From positions 48,484,001 to 48,548,000 of the forward strand of contig NC_043005.1 in assembly GCF_006345805.1 (NCBI RefSeq): a stretch of DNA of 64,000 nt, in the 5' to 3' direction. The stretch is from Octopus sinensis (Eukaryota). A program made the position numbers and the translations under genes. The notes below the pieces were generated by a model. It had not been told where the DNA came from, made no database searches, and saw only the letters and a list, made by a program, of their open reading frames with translations. This document shows, piece after piece, positions 26,221-40,515 of this stretch (position 1 is its first letter; every line of letters starts with the position of its first letter).

Positions 26221-27394
26221 TATATATATATATATGTATGTAAATTTTGTTGCTTTTTCGGCAATGAGTATGTCTGATTGATCAAATGAAATTCAAGTTC
26301 ATTCTTTATAGTGCAACACCGTAAGTATTCTACAGACGTGTTTGCGATTACGAGGGAACTCGGAATATCAAGATTGCAAAGCAAACTTTTCTAACTTCTT
26401 GGTCATGCGTAATGTGTGTGTGTGTGCGCGTAAGAGCGTGTGTGCGTGCGTGTGTACGTGTGTAACTTTGAGAGTTTAAGTATGTGTAAATTGGACTGAC
26501 AGACATCTCAATTGCCTTCATCAGAAGCCGGGAGCCAAATGAGAAAGTACAAATAGCATCAAAGTATGTCGAAATTTCCAGCCAATGAGAACAGTCGACC
26601 GATAAATGGCAAATGTAAATTATCTCGGGGATGACAAAAACAATTGCTTGAATAAAGACTAATATCAACATTGAATTCATCCGACTGGAAGTGGCTGGTA
26701 TTTGACTGTTTGTTTGAGGTAAATTCCAAACAGTGAAGCAATTGAAATTTTAACAGATTTGGAAGCAAAACAATATGAATTACTACAACATTGTTTTATG
26801 GTTTTCTTGCTCTTAAAATTTTGAAATGTCAGTTTCCTCACTTCCTTCTAATTTTTATCATCTCCCCCTTCTTTCTTTCTCTTCTCTCTTTGAAATTATT
26901 CAGAAAGGGAAAGCAGCTGTTTGTTTCTTTTTTTTTTGTCCGAAAATAGAAAGGGTCAGCACCCATGAGACTTTCGTTTTTCAAGTCCTCTAAGACAGGT
27001 AGAATGGAAGGAGGAAATTATTCTCAGAATTCTGGCAAGACTATGAATCCTAGTAAAGACATATGAACATGGTTGTGAATATTCCTCAGAGACGTATACC
27101 TTCATTGTAACATTCAGGCAGAATTAATGTGATAAAGATGAACTTGGAATAGCAGAGACAGTCAATTCGACAGGCTTCAACGTAGATTCCCTTTATCTAA
27201 CTTAATTCACAAAGCTTTCGGTCGATTCAATGGTATGGTCCTGTCCAAAGTTCTACACAGCTTTCCTCGCGACAAGAACATCTGGCCAATAAGATAACTC
27301 CTCACAAAGCACACGCACACACACATGCATGCACCACCCCACCACACACACACACACACACACACCACACATATATATATATATATATAATAGT

Positions 27395-27610
27395 AGGGAA
27401 TGTACTGCACTCACGATTGTGAGATGGTGGGTTCGATTCCCATACAGGATATTGTGTTTGGCTCTTCATTTCAGATTGCTCTGTGGTCATGAGACATGTG
27501 GCACATGGTGCACCTGTGCAGGTAATGTCGATTTGATGGAGGGAGTAAGCTTATGTGAATGCAAACATTTGATCACTATAAACAAATCATCTGTGTCGTC
27601 TAACAACGAG
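27395..27610 (+). mobile_element. Decayed tRNA-headed SINE (family E-like head)
   Basis: GGGTTCGATTCCC B-box followed by TTCATTTCA..TTGCTC, as in 60340-60495. Confidence 0.55.
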
Positions 27611-27894
27611 AGAATCCATGGTATATTAATATATATATGTATGTATGTATGTATGTATATATATATATATATATATAAGTCAGTGTAATTCGAACTCTGG
27701 CTTCATGATCGCAAAAGGAACTTCCTGAACATTGCCATACACAGTATGAACAAGATACGATGTGTACATAGAAACTGACAAGGTATTGACTTATTTAACA
27801 CCTGTTTTCTCTGCGTGCGCTAATCAGCTCTATGCCATTTACAAACGGATTATAACATTATAACTCGTGTAAATCAATCTTTTTATCTTTTATT

Positions 27895-28010
27895 TTTTAG
27901 TTGTTTCAGTCATTTGACTGCTGCCATGCTGGGGTTCCGCCTTGAAGGGTTTTAGTCTAACAAATCTACCCCCGGACTACTTTTAAACCTAGTACTTATT
28001 CAATCGGTTT
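27895..28010 (-). mobile_element. SINE B 3' fragment
   Basis: TTGTTTCAGTCATTTGACTGC.GCCATGCTGG motif. Confidence 0.8.
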
Positions 28011-28554
28011 CGTCTGGGGTGCAAACGATTCTGTCAGAGCTCCTGCTTATAATCGATGTATCATAATAGCAAAATATTTTCAGCATTATAAGAGTAGATT
28101 ATTGAATTGTTAGAGCGATGGAAAAATGTTACTGCTGACATACTTTACACATCGTTATATACTGTGCTCAAACTTTGCTTAGGCCGATTTTATGGCAATT
28201 TCTTCCGGTTTTGATAAAATCTTCTGCTGAGTAATGATCCAATTATGATTGAACAGACCTTTTAGGTTTTTCTCCGAGAAAGTAAATATTTGCTTTTGAA
28301 ACAAATTCCGAGAAGATGTGGCTGTTATTACTGGCAGGTGAAGAAAACCTAGTAAGTAAAAAATCAAATTCTGATATATAATCACAAAATCCACATCCCA
28401 GAATATGTGGCCGGTGTGCCACTGTTAAAAATCATTAGATTATTAGGGTTTCTTTTATTGACGGGAAAAGGATAACACATGAAACTTACTCCAATCGTTT
28501 TGATATTATGATACATGGATTATAAGGAGGACCTAGGACAGAATCGTTTGCGCG

Positions 28555-28695
28555 CCATACAAAACCGATGGAATAGGTACTAGGCTTAAAAAAAGTCCAG
28601 GGGTAGATTTCTTGGACTAAAACCCTTCAAGGCGTTAGCCCAGCATAGCAGCAGTCAAAGGACTGAAACAACTAAAAAATAAAAGATAAAAAGAT
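28555..28695 (+). mobile_element. SINE B 3' fragment
   Basis: CCGAT.GAATA.GTACTAGGCTT...GACTGAAACAA. Confidence 0.75.
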
Positions 28696-29149
28696 TGACA
28701 CGAGATAGGAGTCATAATCTGTTTGTAACTGGCATAGAGCTGATTAGCGCACGCAGATATGAAAAGAACGAAACTAGTGAAAGGAAAAGTATTAGCCCAG
28801 ATAAGAGAGAGCCATATTATAATTCAGTGTTACCCAAACATTTTCAGGTTGCCACCCTCTTTGCACCCAGACCTCATTCCTAGCGCTCCACCTCACCCCC
28901 ACTCACGACCAACGTAAACATAGAGCACTTTCTGCAGAAAATTCAAAACAACTGTATTTCACAAATAAAACTTAACCTAATTCACCCATTATTTTGTTGT
29001 TTTTACATCTATCACCCCCTTTTGGCCACCCTACTATCACCCCAATTTTCTGCAATGCCCCCGCTGAATCTTTGCACTGCCCCTAGTGGGAGAGTATCGT
29101 CCACTTTGGGAATCACTGCTATATGTGATAAATGGTATAAGATTGGTAA

Positions 29150-29340
29150 AACTGTTAGAATATCAGCCAAAATGCTCTGTGGTATTTGTTTCGGTTCTTT
29201 ACCTTCTGAATTCAAATTCCGTGGCGGTCAACTCTGCCTTCCATCACTTCTCCAAGTCGGTAAAACAAAGTACCAGTCAACTACTAGGGTCGATATAATC
29301 AACTTAGCCGTTTCCCTAACAAATATTTGACTGTGTGCCT
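29150..29340 (+). mobile_element. Decayed SINE A
   Basis: TTCTGAATTCAAATTCC...GTCAACTCTGCCTTCCATC. Confidence 0.7.
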
Positions 29341-30651
29341 ATGTTAAAATTTATACCATATGTGGTACATTAAGTTGTGAATGAGTAATAAAGAGTTGTC
29401 TAAAATGCGTAACCCTGAATTAATCTTCTGAATTCAATCAGGTTTCGTGATTCTCGATGATACTGTAATATTTTATGTAAATTAACAGAGTGCATGACCA
29501 TGGCAATGCAATTCTAGTTCTCCTATGGCAATAGAGACAATGGCAATACAGTTCTAGTTCTTCTATATATTTAATTTATATTAGACTTTGAATACCATTG
29601 TATATCTCCCATAATTTGTGTGAAAGCGATGCATAGTTTCTATAAACTAGTGAAAGATAAATCCAAAATCATTTGCAAGTACCATTCCCAGTCTCATCTG
29701 GTGCCAATCCCCCAAAGCTAAATGAATTAAGTAAAAGAGTTTATAACAAAGTGTGTAACCACCAAAATACGTTGAAACATTTTCAGCGGATTTGAACTCA
29801 CAATCTGTGTGTGTGTGTGTTTTCAATAACGACTCAACTCGGCCATTTGGCCCCAATATTGTTAGAGAAAAAGATTTTTTAAAGCAATCTGCTTTTCCTA
29901 TTGAGAAAGATAAGTTACGCACACACACACAGAGGGAAACATAGAAATATATACACATAAATGTGTGAGTGCAGGTATTTATACCCATATATATATATAT
30001 ATTATATATATATACATACGTACATACATACTTATACACACATTTGTATATGCCTGTGTCGGTGTGAGAGTGTGTATGTATATGTATGTATGTATGTGTT
30101 GTATGTAAATGGTTATTAAAAATGTGAGTTGATGTGTGTCAGTGATCGGGGAGAGGGGAAAAGATTAATAGGATTTTTAGAAGCTATGCTTCACTAGTTT
30201 CGAATATACGATATACAAGCAGAAGATGAATGCGTAAGGTGAGGAAGAGAGAGAAAGCAAGAGTTCACTGAAACAACAACAAAATAAATAGTAAATGTAA
30301 TCGAGCGGATTATTTTACAAAAACAAGGAAAGGTTTTTGTAATGCTACTACAAATATTCACACAGTAATAACAACCAACCCCAATCACCCGCCGTGCGCC
30401 ATAAAATCCGACCGTGTCGTCCTTTCCCGACCTCCTTTTACATCCAACACATCATATAAGATGGTGATATTTCATTTCAGTGAAAATAGATTTTTAAAGA
30501 AAATTCTCAGTTTTAAATTTTGTTTATTTAAACATCATGTTTGTTGTTTTCCAACACGTTTTGAATAAAAGAATGTATAAGGAAAGCGAGATAGACACAG
30601 AGAGAGAGATGCAAACGAATTCAGTTTGAAAATTTGAGACATTGGCAGGGA

Positions 30652-30653
30652 GG

Positions 30654-30740
<87 letters not shown>
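30652..30740 (+). repeat. (GA)n microsatellite
   Basis: Direct reading. Confidence 0.98.
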
Positions 30741-30743
<3 letters not shown>

Positions 30744-31879
30744 TAGATGGGAAGGTTAGGGTTAAGAGAGAAGGCTGTTATGACTTTTTGAAATACTGCA
30801 TTACTTTCAACAGATAACATTCCACTTCACTGCCTCTGTGCAAGGTATTTTTCAATCTTAAGAAAATCTGTTTTTAAAAATAGAATTTTTAAAAAATAAT
30901 AAATACACCATCTTAAGCTTCGTTTGCGTCTTTTTGCAACTAATACTCTTCACAACTTTTCTTGTTTTAGTTTTTCTTTTAATCTTTTTTTATAGAGTCG
31001 AGATAATTATAGTTGTATTATTTTAGTTTCTTTTTTATCTTCCGATTTGCTAGTTTCTTTTTTTTTTTTTGGCTTTTAGTTTATTTCTCAACTTATTTTA
31101 TATTTTATCTTTTTCAAAATTTTCCCTTGTTTCACAGCTGCTGCTAAAACTTTTAAACAAAGTCTTATAAACAAAGCAAGTGAAAAATGGATTTTCCTGT
31201 GAAAATTTCTGCTACGCTAAATGTTTTTCAAAATACAATCATACATAATTTAAGCTTTACGAGAAAATAGATTTCTCTCTCTCTCTCTTACTCTCTCTCT
31301 CTCTCTCTCTCTCCCTCTCTCTCTTTTCTCTCTCTTTCTCTCTTAATATGCACTCTAAATCAGTTTTATTTTATCTAATTTTTAAAAACATTTTACATTC
31401 ATTCTTTGTAGTCTTATATTTAGATATTATAAGTTTATTTAAGACTGATCCTCCTTGATACAAAATAATACAGATTGTTTTAGGCAGTCATTCAATAAAT
31501 TTATGGTAGATACCCGTATTAGACTGGGAAGAAAACACTTCAAGCTTCAAATATGTTTTGTTTACGAAGAACGATATTTTTCTTTTGCCGTTTTCAACGT
31601 GACATAAAATGATTTTATATTATTAGGTTATCTGAAAGGAAATTATGAAATTGTTTTATTATTCTAAAAATTAATTTATTATTACGTAAGTTTTTAAATG
31701 TTACCAATTACTTAGTTACTGATTTTGAGATCGTAAGCTGAATGCCTCCTATTTTTGGAAGGTTACTATCCTTTTTATCGATTCAAGTCCTTGACTAGCA
31801 CTTCATGATGTCGAACGAACCCCTTAAAGAATCAAGGCGAAGTTGACACAAGCTTCTAGTAATTCATATGCATAAGGTC

Positions 31880-32065
31880 GCGAGTTGGACTAATCGTTAC
31901 CGCGCCAGGCAATATACACAGTTCTGAGTTCAAATTCCACCGAAGTCGATTTTACCTTTCATATTTTCGGGGCCGATAAAACAGGTACTAGCTGAGCACC
32001 AGAGTAGATGTCATCGACGTACTGCAACCCTCGAAATTGCTGGCCTTGTGCAAACATTAAAAACC
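31880..32065 (+). mobile_element. SINE A
   Basis: Family A body. Confidence 0.8.
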
Positions 32066-32699
32066 AATATTCCATATGTATAAATATTTATATATATGTA
32101 TGTATGTATGTATATATGTATATACACACATACACACGCAGCTGTCAGAAACTATCTTTACTATTTTGTACTATATTTCCCATTCGTTATGTAGCGTTTT
32201 CTGCATTGCTTAATTGTTGCCTTTCCCCATTACTTTAACCTATACCTACTGACTCAAAGAGATGCCACCTCTAGCCATTTTTGAACAAGATAATCACACA
32301 GCCACAACTTCAACAGCTGTTCTGACTGAAATTTTGGTGGCACACCTATTTGAGCACTCAGAACACATGCCTATTAAATTGAGTTATTCTGAAGAAGACT
32401 CTTCATATTCTCTCTCTCTCATTCTCTCTCTCTCTTACTCTCTCTCACTCACTCACACACACACTGTATATATATATATATATATATATATAGTGTGTGT
32501 GTACGTGTGTTCTTTGTTGTGAGAGAGTCATAATGCCAATAAAAATTAATTCAAATAAACACACGCTATGCTCCAATATTCGACAGCAAGATTTGTTTGA
32601 ACTAACGAATACACATCAAGAAAGAATCTTTCCAACCAAATACAAAAGCGAAGCATATGTTTCTGTATCAGGTATATATGTTTTTTTTTTTTGGCATTG

Positions 32700-33275
32700 T
32701 ATGTGAAAATGGGTTAACAAAATATCAGGTGGGGAAAACCATCCGAAAAACATCAACTGTGGCACTTCTTGGACAGATAGTCATCGATTTCCAACGTTTT
32801 CGTCGAACTCCACAACAGATTGAACAGTTTAGAAAGTACAACGTCCTTAAACTGTTCTACTGCACCTCATATGATTCATTACTGCATGCCAGAGTATGCA
32901 CTGTATTCCTCAGCAAACGGCGTAAGGTGTGACTGAAAGAAGAGATCTATATTTCCCAAACTAGTTCTTTGGTTGACTGTCCATTTGGTGTACCTCTAAT
33001 CTGGCAGAGCTCACTTACATGGGGCTATACATCAACAAAAAACAATTTAGAGACATGAACCAAAGCAGCAACCTCTACGTAGTCAATTGATTTGCTAAAA
33101 ATATTAACCAGGTCTCACTCAGATAACAGACCCAGTGACACACACATTGGTTGCTCACATTGGCTAATGGAGTGCTATACTTACTACGCCTGGAAATATA
33201 TGAGAAGGTCACGGCTTAAATACGTTTGGTAATACGTGTGCTCAATCTTAGACTGGGGTTAAATAACAGCCATCA
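32700..33275 (+). pseudogene. Heavily decayed CR1/L2-group LINE 3' end running into the family D tail
   Basis: GKTIRKTSTVALLGQIVIDFQRF resembles the VKLLG.TID..L.F thumb motif; SSLTWGYTSTKNNLET resembles Y....W......LE..Q; ends with the family D tail and AAATAACAGC. Confidence 0.45.
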
Positions 33276-33365
33276 TCGAACTTTGAGGTGAGAGAGTTTT
33301 AGACACCTATCTAAGATTATATCTGAAAATGTCCAGAAATTCGTGCGCTTGGTAAACGTAACAGT

Positions 33366-33419
33366 GCATACAGCCGTAACTAAGCATACAGCCGTAACTA
33401 AGCATACAGCCGTAACTAA
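33366..33419 (+). repeat. Three perfect 18-bp tandem repeats GCATACAGCCGTAACTAA
   Basis: Direct reading. Confidence 0.95.
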
Positions 33420-34128
33420 GCCGAAAAGGTGATACTTTTGAATGAAAAAATATTCTAGAGTAATATTCCAAACTAAGTGAGCGTATAGAGCCATGGTCCT
33501 CAATCTATTTTACTCCTTCCCGTATGGGAATTCAAATACAAAATTACAGATGAAAGCTATAAAAAAAACTGTTAAAAATTTTGAAAAATCTAGTAAAATT
33601 TTGCCTGCCTCGATTTATTAAACGTAGTTATGTATAACAAATTTATGAATATGTTTTACAAAATGTCCAAGAATGAGTTTGAGGTTTTCAGTGTCTTAAA
33701 TTACATTTTTTCTTCACGCCACTAAGCATCGTGATAGTGCTTGCAGCGTGCTAGTGAGCTGCCGCTATTCGATTGTTAAAAACTGATGTAAAAACTGCTT
33801 GGAGGTTCATTTGATTTCTTCTAAGGTATCTCTTCGAATGTGGCTTGTTTCATGCTTTGTGTTCGACTTGAGAAGTTGGGTAACATGTAAAGAGTGTGAC
33901 AGTGTGAGTGTGTCATGTATGGGTCAAAGAACAAAGAAGTAACCCTCCAAAGTGTTTATGTGTGTGTGTTCAAAGTCTGTTTGACAAGGGTTACATAAAA
34001 GCTAAGCAAAATATTTTTGTCACAGCAGAAATTGTCAATCAATCGTCGACAAAACTGCAGTGTCTTATAGACACAAACGTGCATACAGATGCGAACAGTA
34101 TACATATACATACGTATACGTGTGTATA

Positions 34129-34201
<73 letters not shown>

Positions 34202-34738
34202 ACTAGTAGTAACAGAAAAGAGGAATTTCGATTATCCCCACATGGTGAGTTGTAATGTATATAAGAAATTAAAAAAAGGAAAATACGCACACTTACATAG
34301 TTTTAATATAATTTTTGATATTTCGACCGGTTTCGCTATCGCTATTCATGATATTATGTTTTACTTATTTGAATATAGATTTTTTCTTAAGAAGAAATTT
34401 TGTCTATGTTGTGTGTGATGAAATTCACGAGTGAATTTTAATTTCTTATATATATATAATTATAACAATGAGGGTCTTTGCAACAAGTTGCTAGACCACA
34501 TACCGAAAGTATTACAAATAGCAGCCAGAGGACTGCTATTTCTTTTACTACAAAAATATGTCCCCACAGACAACAGTATTTGTAACTCATTTTATGGCAA
34601 AAAGACGAAGAAAAATAACGAAATCAAACAGTCCACGGTCAATTATGGACGCACGTTTTTGGATTAGAATCGAAGATTCACTTCCTTTATCAACATACTA
34701 TTCCTATAAATAAATCTAGAAATGCTAGGAAATCTTAC

Positions 34739-34884
34739 CCTCCATATTTCCGACCAGGCGACATCGGAGCATACAGAAGCTAATCGGCATATCCACATTT
34801 ATATAGACCAGTGAATTCATATCTCCTTCCAGAATTTTTCCCACTTGAGTCAGCCCTAATACTGCCGAAAATAAATTCGTAGTT
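34739..34884 (-). CDS. Candidate internal coding exon (146 nt), product unknown
   Basis: Acceptor TTTTACTCCCCTACGACAG, donor GG|GTAAGA, one frame open throughout (TTNLFSAVLGLTQVGKILEGDMNSLVYINVDMPISFCMLRCRLVGNME); no family recognised. Confidence 0.3.
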
Positions 34885-34923
34885 CTGTCGTAGGGGAGTA
34901 AAATAATCAATACAGATAAAGGG

Positions 34924-35007
<84 letters not shown>

Positions 35008-35104
35008 CATAATACATATATGTATATATACATACATAATATATATATATATATACATACATAATACATATATGTATATATACATGTATATGCATATATA
35101 TATA

Positions 35105-35215
35105 TCTCATATGATCAACCAGACTATTGGATGTTGTTATATATCGCTGGTCATGGTGCACTTTGCATACATTTAGCTTTTGAATGATGCCACTTTACTG
35201 GCTAGGCGAGCAATC
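35105..35215 (-). mobile_element. Isolated SINE tail homologous to 41395-41505
   Basis: Reverse complement of GCTCGCTTAGCCAG..GTGGCATCATT...GACCAGCGAT.TGTA.CAACATC. Confidence 0.65.
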
Positions 35216-35243
35216 CAATATATAAATATATTATTATTATCAT

Positions 35244-35311
<68 letters not shown>

Positions 35312-36477
35312 TTTCAAACTTAATTTTGCTGATCTGCCATCTGGTGAAGACTTTGACGTGTAACTTCAAAAGAGAAGGAATCGGCTTTTGCAACAATAAT
35401 TATATCTACTGAGCTAGACATCTTTAGTTCTCTTTTACACGTACTAATGCTCGTAAATGCTATAAACACATATGCACGTGTACAGTTACGCAAATCCACT
35501 ATCACAAATACATATTGTGTGAGATTCCTAGACTAGTGTGTATGTGTGTGTGTGTGTGGTTGTCTGTGGTGGGGGATCTAATGGTCATGTGATTAATCAA
35601 AGTTTGAATAAATTTACAAATGTAACTAGCCAACAAATGTTAACTTTCATATGTTACTATAAATACATAAAAGCATAAAAACAAATAGCGACTAGTCCTT
35701 CTTCGTAAGACATCAGCAATTACACAACGTCTTTGCAGTTTTTCAAATTTCCTTTCGCAAATGCTCATAAACATTTCAGTAAAATTAATTAACAAATTCA
35801 CAAATGACAAAGTGTTAACATTCTACTCTGAAATTTAATGGAAATCTCACATTATAAAGTGACAAGAAACTGTAAAAGTTGCATAATTTGTCAAATTAAT
35901 TTACTTTAGAAGCATTCATTGCATAATTGTAACTCTGGTAATTCGCTTTGTTTTGGAATTGAAAGATATCAAATATGATATGGATATTTCACCATGAGAA
36001 AGACTTAAGCAGATAAATCTTTGAAATAGCAATTCATGAGAAGACATTTGCAAATATCTTGCAGCTTTTCAAACAGAGCTCGTTGATTCTCAAGCGGATA
36101 ATAAAACGAATACGTTTTACAACAGAGGAATAAGGTTGTTACTATCAAAGTATTTATGAAATTATAGTCTGTGTGATGACTTTGAAAACTACCTGTAAAG
36201 GACATAGAAGTTCAAGGAAACCGCCAAACCCATAAATTGAAGTCTGTTGACAAAGAAAGCCTGCCTTTCAATAAATTTCATGTTATGCAAAAACTTTCTT
36301 CAACTAGCACAAAATTATAGAGGTGTGTGGTAGACTGAAATGACACACCAGTTTGTAACCAAGGAGATATGTGGTCAGTTGCTCTGCTAAAAATAGCATA
36401 CAAATCCTCCACAAAGCACAAAATATCTTGCGAAGTCCACCATCATCACCACCATCACACCGAACCAATAAACTCTT

Positions 36478-36880
36478 TTACTCTTTTACTTGTTTCAGCT
36501 ATTTGACTGCGGCCATGCCGGAGCACCGCCTTTAATCGAGCAAATCGACCCCAGGACTTATTCTTTGTAAGCCTAGTACTTATTCTATCGGTCTCTTTTG
36601 CCGAACCGCTAAGTTATGGGAACGTAAACACACCAGCATCGGTTGTCAAGCAATGCTAGGGAGACAAACACAGACACACAAACACATACACACACATACA
36701 TATATATATATACATATATACGACAGGCTTCTTTCAGTTTCCGTCAACCAAATCCACCCACAAGGCATTGGTCGACCCGAGGCTAGAGTAGAAGACATTT
36801 GCCCAAGGTGCCGCGCAGTTGGACTGAACCCGGAACCATGTGGTTGGTAAGCAAGCTACTTACCACACAGCCACTCATGC
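36478..36880 (-). mobile_element. SINE family B, near full length
   Basis: Head, internal CA/TA tract and tail. Confidence 0.93.
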
Positions 36881-37744
36881 GCTATAAATAAATATAAATG
36901 AATAAAATAAATAAAATAAAAATTTGGTACTCGATATACAAAAAAGGATAGAATAGTCGTGGTTGGAATAACTGGTCATATGTCACCACGATCAGTTTTT
37001 TCTTGAAACTAAAACACCAATAATTAGTATCTATTTCAGTCTAAATTAAATATACGATCCAATGAGCAAACAAAGGAACTGCTAACGGAACCTACTAGAA
37101 ATAACAGCCAAATCGTTCACTAATCATATTATACCATTATACGAAAACAAACGACTCGTTGGATGATATTATCCTAAATCAGCGACAGCGATTCTATGAT
37201 TTAGTTTATCAGCAGTGATACGTGATGGACTTAAAATAAAAAAGTCTCATGCCATATCATATTACAAAGAATGTTTATCTTGAAGCATTTTTCATAGAAT
37301 TAATATGCATATGTTCATGTAGGTGACACCCTAATAACAAGATTATTCAGCAAATTAATATTTCGAAACACTGGACCGAAAAGGTACGCCATTACTTTTC
37401 TACACATAGTGGTAGAATGGACTGCATTCGCCTTTGGGCATAGTTCTTAACAGCAAAAACTAGTATAATTTATCGACATCGTGAAGACACTGTACAAAAG
37501 CGCCTCTGGTGGAATTCTTTCAGAATGCAAAGATAAGTAACTAGTCAAACCAAACTACCGGTCATTAGTGTTTTTATAAGGCAATATGATAATGACATGT
37601 CTAAATACAGCTTTCAATGCTTGTTTATTGTAAGCTGAATATATAATTTATAAAAGTTAGACAAAATGCTTTTATATACGATCTTATATTATTCACCAAA
37701 AGACAACTTCTCGAGATACTTTGGATAAATTGTTGCAGATTTTC

Positions 37745-37895
37745 TAAGAACTAGCAGCCAAATGTCCCTAAAATAAAGCACTACCGTCTTTAAAAAAAAT
37801 GTGACATTAGATAATGTAATTGTGCCAGAATATAAAGATAGGATAATCACAGCACTTAGATCTACTTGATCAAGGCAAATTTGGAGATAAACTGT
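37745..37895 (+). repeat. Family D LINE/SINE tail
   Basis: CTAGCAGCCAAATGTCCCTAAAAT...CTACCGTCTT...ACATTAGATAATGTA. Confidence 0.55.
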
Positions 37896-38396
37896 AAAGC
37901 AAAATCGAAAACTAAAAATATTTACAAAAGATCTGATATCTATTTACAACAGTTAGTTACAATGAATGAGCTTAGATTTTAGTATATGTGAAAGAAAACG
38001 AAAAGATTACTACGCTAGATTTTTCTCATAACACACTTGATGCCATTGGTCAAATAATGCGTAAGGTTAAATTCTATATCAAGAGCTATCCGGTTAAAAA
38101 TGCGAAAAAGGTTCGATATCTTTGATGGGATACTTGGCAGGAACAGGATACGTAAATTGGGTTTTTCTTCAGATTGAGCTCTACAGGAATGGAATTATCC
38201 GAGGTACAAAATAAACAATGAAGCAGTACACACGTACCTCATTCAGTCTCCTCAAATCGATCATGTGAGGTTAGTATATCGAATGATTGTTTAAGGTGTT
38301 TGAGACGGATCCGGTTGTCAACCCAGTTCATCCTGAAAATGTTCATCTACCCATCTTGTTTTTTAGGAGAGCCATGCTATCTCTGCGCGCACGCGC

Positions 38397-38433
<37 letters not shown>

Positions 38434-39364
38434 GTTCAAGCAGAGTTTATTGTATTATATTTTTTTTTACCCAAGTTGGCGAAAAGTGAAGTCGAACCCA
38501 GAACCACATTTTAGCGAAGAAGTTTTAATCACACAGTGTATCTTTGTGCACTTTTATCAAATAATATAAGTCATTATTCACATTATTTTTAATTCATTAG
38601 AGATGGAATCGAACCTTGAACGTACGACCGTTTCTGCATTAAATGAAAATGTATCAATTGTTTTGTTCTTTGGTCAGTGTCATTGTCATTTGGCATTTAG
38701 CCAGCTTCTCTTCCAGCTTTCATTATAGATTGTCCCATGGAAAGACCCTTTTTGCTATTGGGTGATAGGGTAAGGCGGATACATACGTGTTATGTATCTG
38801 TCCCTTGATACCCTTTTAATTGCCAATCACGTTTGCAGGAGTCATAAGAAATAATCGATGACCATTTTTAATTATATATTATTATTATTTTATTATTTTT
38901 GTTTTGTTTTTGTTTGTAATTCTATGCTCTTGTAAGAAGCGTGCTTACTATAATCAACAACGAAGAAAGATATTAAGGATTATGCAATATAATTAAATGA
39001 CCTTTTCTAATTAATGTTACGTAATTGACAAATTTTCTTTAATTAACGTAATTAACGACCAAAATGTTGTACAAAAAGACGTATTGGTATTGTATTACAG
39101 CTATATTGTTTAATTAGTTTCTGATATAACAGTGGTGGAAGAATAGTAGATTAATAAAACGAACACTTGACTCCGGGATAACTATTATAGTTTATGTAAT
39201 ACGTTATGTTAGCACAATGGTTTAAACAAAATTACTATACATAGCCTGTTAGCAACACATTTGTGTTTGTCACCGAATTGTTTTAAATAATTTCATCCCG
39301 TCATAGAATCGCCAAAAACCTTCAAGATCATGAATTCTCAGCGAAGTCTCTGGACTGAGTGTCC

Positions 39365-39585
39365 CTGTGTGATATCTCGACCGGCTAGAACCAGCAGCCA
39401 AATTTTCCTCAAACCATAACCCATTATCTTAAAAATGGGGTAATAGTACATTAGACACTTAGGCTACATTAAATAATGTACCCCAAGCTATACAAAAAGC
39501 GAATGTGTGCTCTCCGTTGGAATGCCTTTCACCGTAGGACTTCCCATTCAAAGCTGACCTCGGCCTAAATAACAAGAACAATTTC
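39365..39585 (+). repeat. Family D LINE/SINE tail
   Basis: CTCGACCGGCTAGAACCAGCAGCCAAAT...GGAATGCCTTT...GCTGACCTCGGCCTAAATAACAAGAACAA. Confidence 0.6.
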
Positions 39586-40084
39586 ATTTTAATTTTATTA
39601 AAATTCTGTGGATTATTTTATAAAGAAAATTGCCTTTCTTACTTGGAATTATTAAGAATGGCGCGTAACAAAATCGATAAATTGCCGTAGAAAATACCTC
39701 ACGTTATTTAATTACTTCCTTATGTACCATTCAAATTCCTTGGTTTTATTTACTTGTCATCTCCTCTAAATTACTGGCTACACCCAATGTGAGAAATCAT
39801 TACATGACGTTACTGGACGCAAATGATTTAGAGATCCCGATGATCAAATCACCTGAAAGTTATATTTCCTGTATTACGTTTAGAAAGCTCAGTTATATAT
39901 CTAACATAGCTATGCTTAAATCCCTCTAGCTCTGATGAGCTTGTCATTTAGTTTTCCAACATATGAATGCCGTCTACTTTTGGGGTGGGATAATTTTTCA
40001 GGGTGGAGAGTTTCCACAGATACTGTCATAAGGATACCACTAAAGACATTCCAGTACTATATAGTATATATGTTGAACAGATAA

Positions 40085-40515
40085 CTTGTTATCGTTGTCA
40101 TTGATGTCAGTCTTGTCATCAATGTCATTGTTGTCATTTTTGTCAATTCCGTCGTCGTTATCATCGTCGTCAAATTTCTATTGTTATTGTTGACATTATT
40201 GTTGCCATTGTCGTCGTCATTGTCATCGTTCTCATCATTTCCTTATCATCAATGTCATCGTTGTTGTCATCACTGTCGTCGGTATCACCTTTCTTATAGA
40301 TGGCGTCGCTATCATCAACTGTCATCTTTGTCTACGATGTCAGTGTTATTGACTTTGTCGTCACTGACATTGTTGTTGACATCTTTGTCGATATTTTTAT
40401 GTTGTCATTTTGTCAATATTATATTTGTTGACGTTATCGTCAATATTTTATTATCATCGTTATCGATGACAATATTTTATTTGTTGCTATTGTTGTCAAT
40501 ATCTTATTTACTGAT
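40085..40515. repeat. Degenerate trinucleotide (GTC/GTT/ATC) low-complexity tract, resuming at ~40900-41150
   Basis: Direct reading. Confidence 0.85.

Noticed and set aside
27475-27521. 47-nt + strand exon with good AG/GT signals
   Set aside because: It lies inside a decayed SINE, so the signals are probably incidental.
36070-36165. Possible mariner C-terminus (FYNRGIRLL)
   Set aside because: Only one short motif; no DD34D motifs or TIR found.
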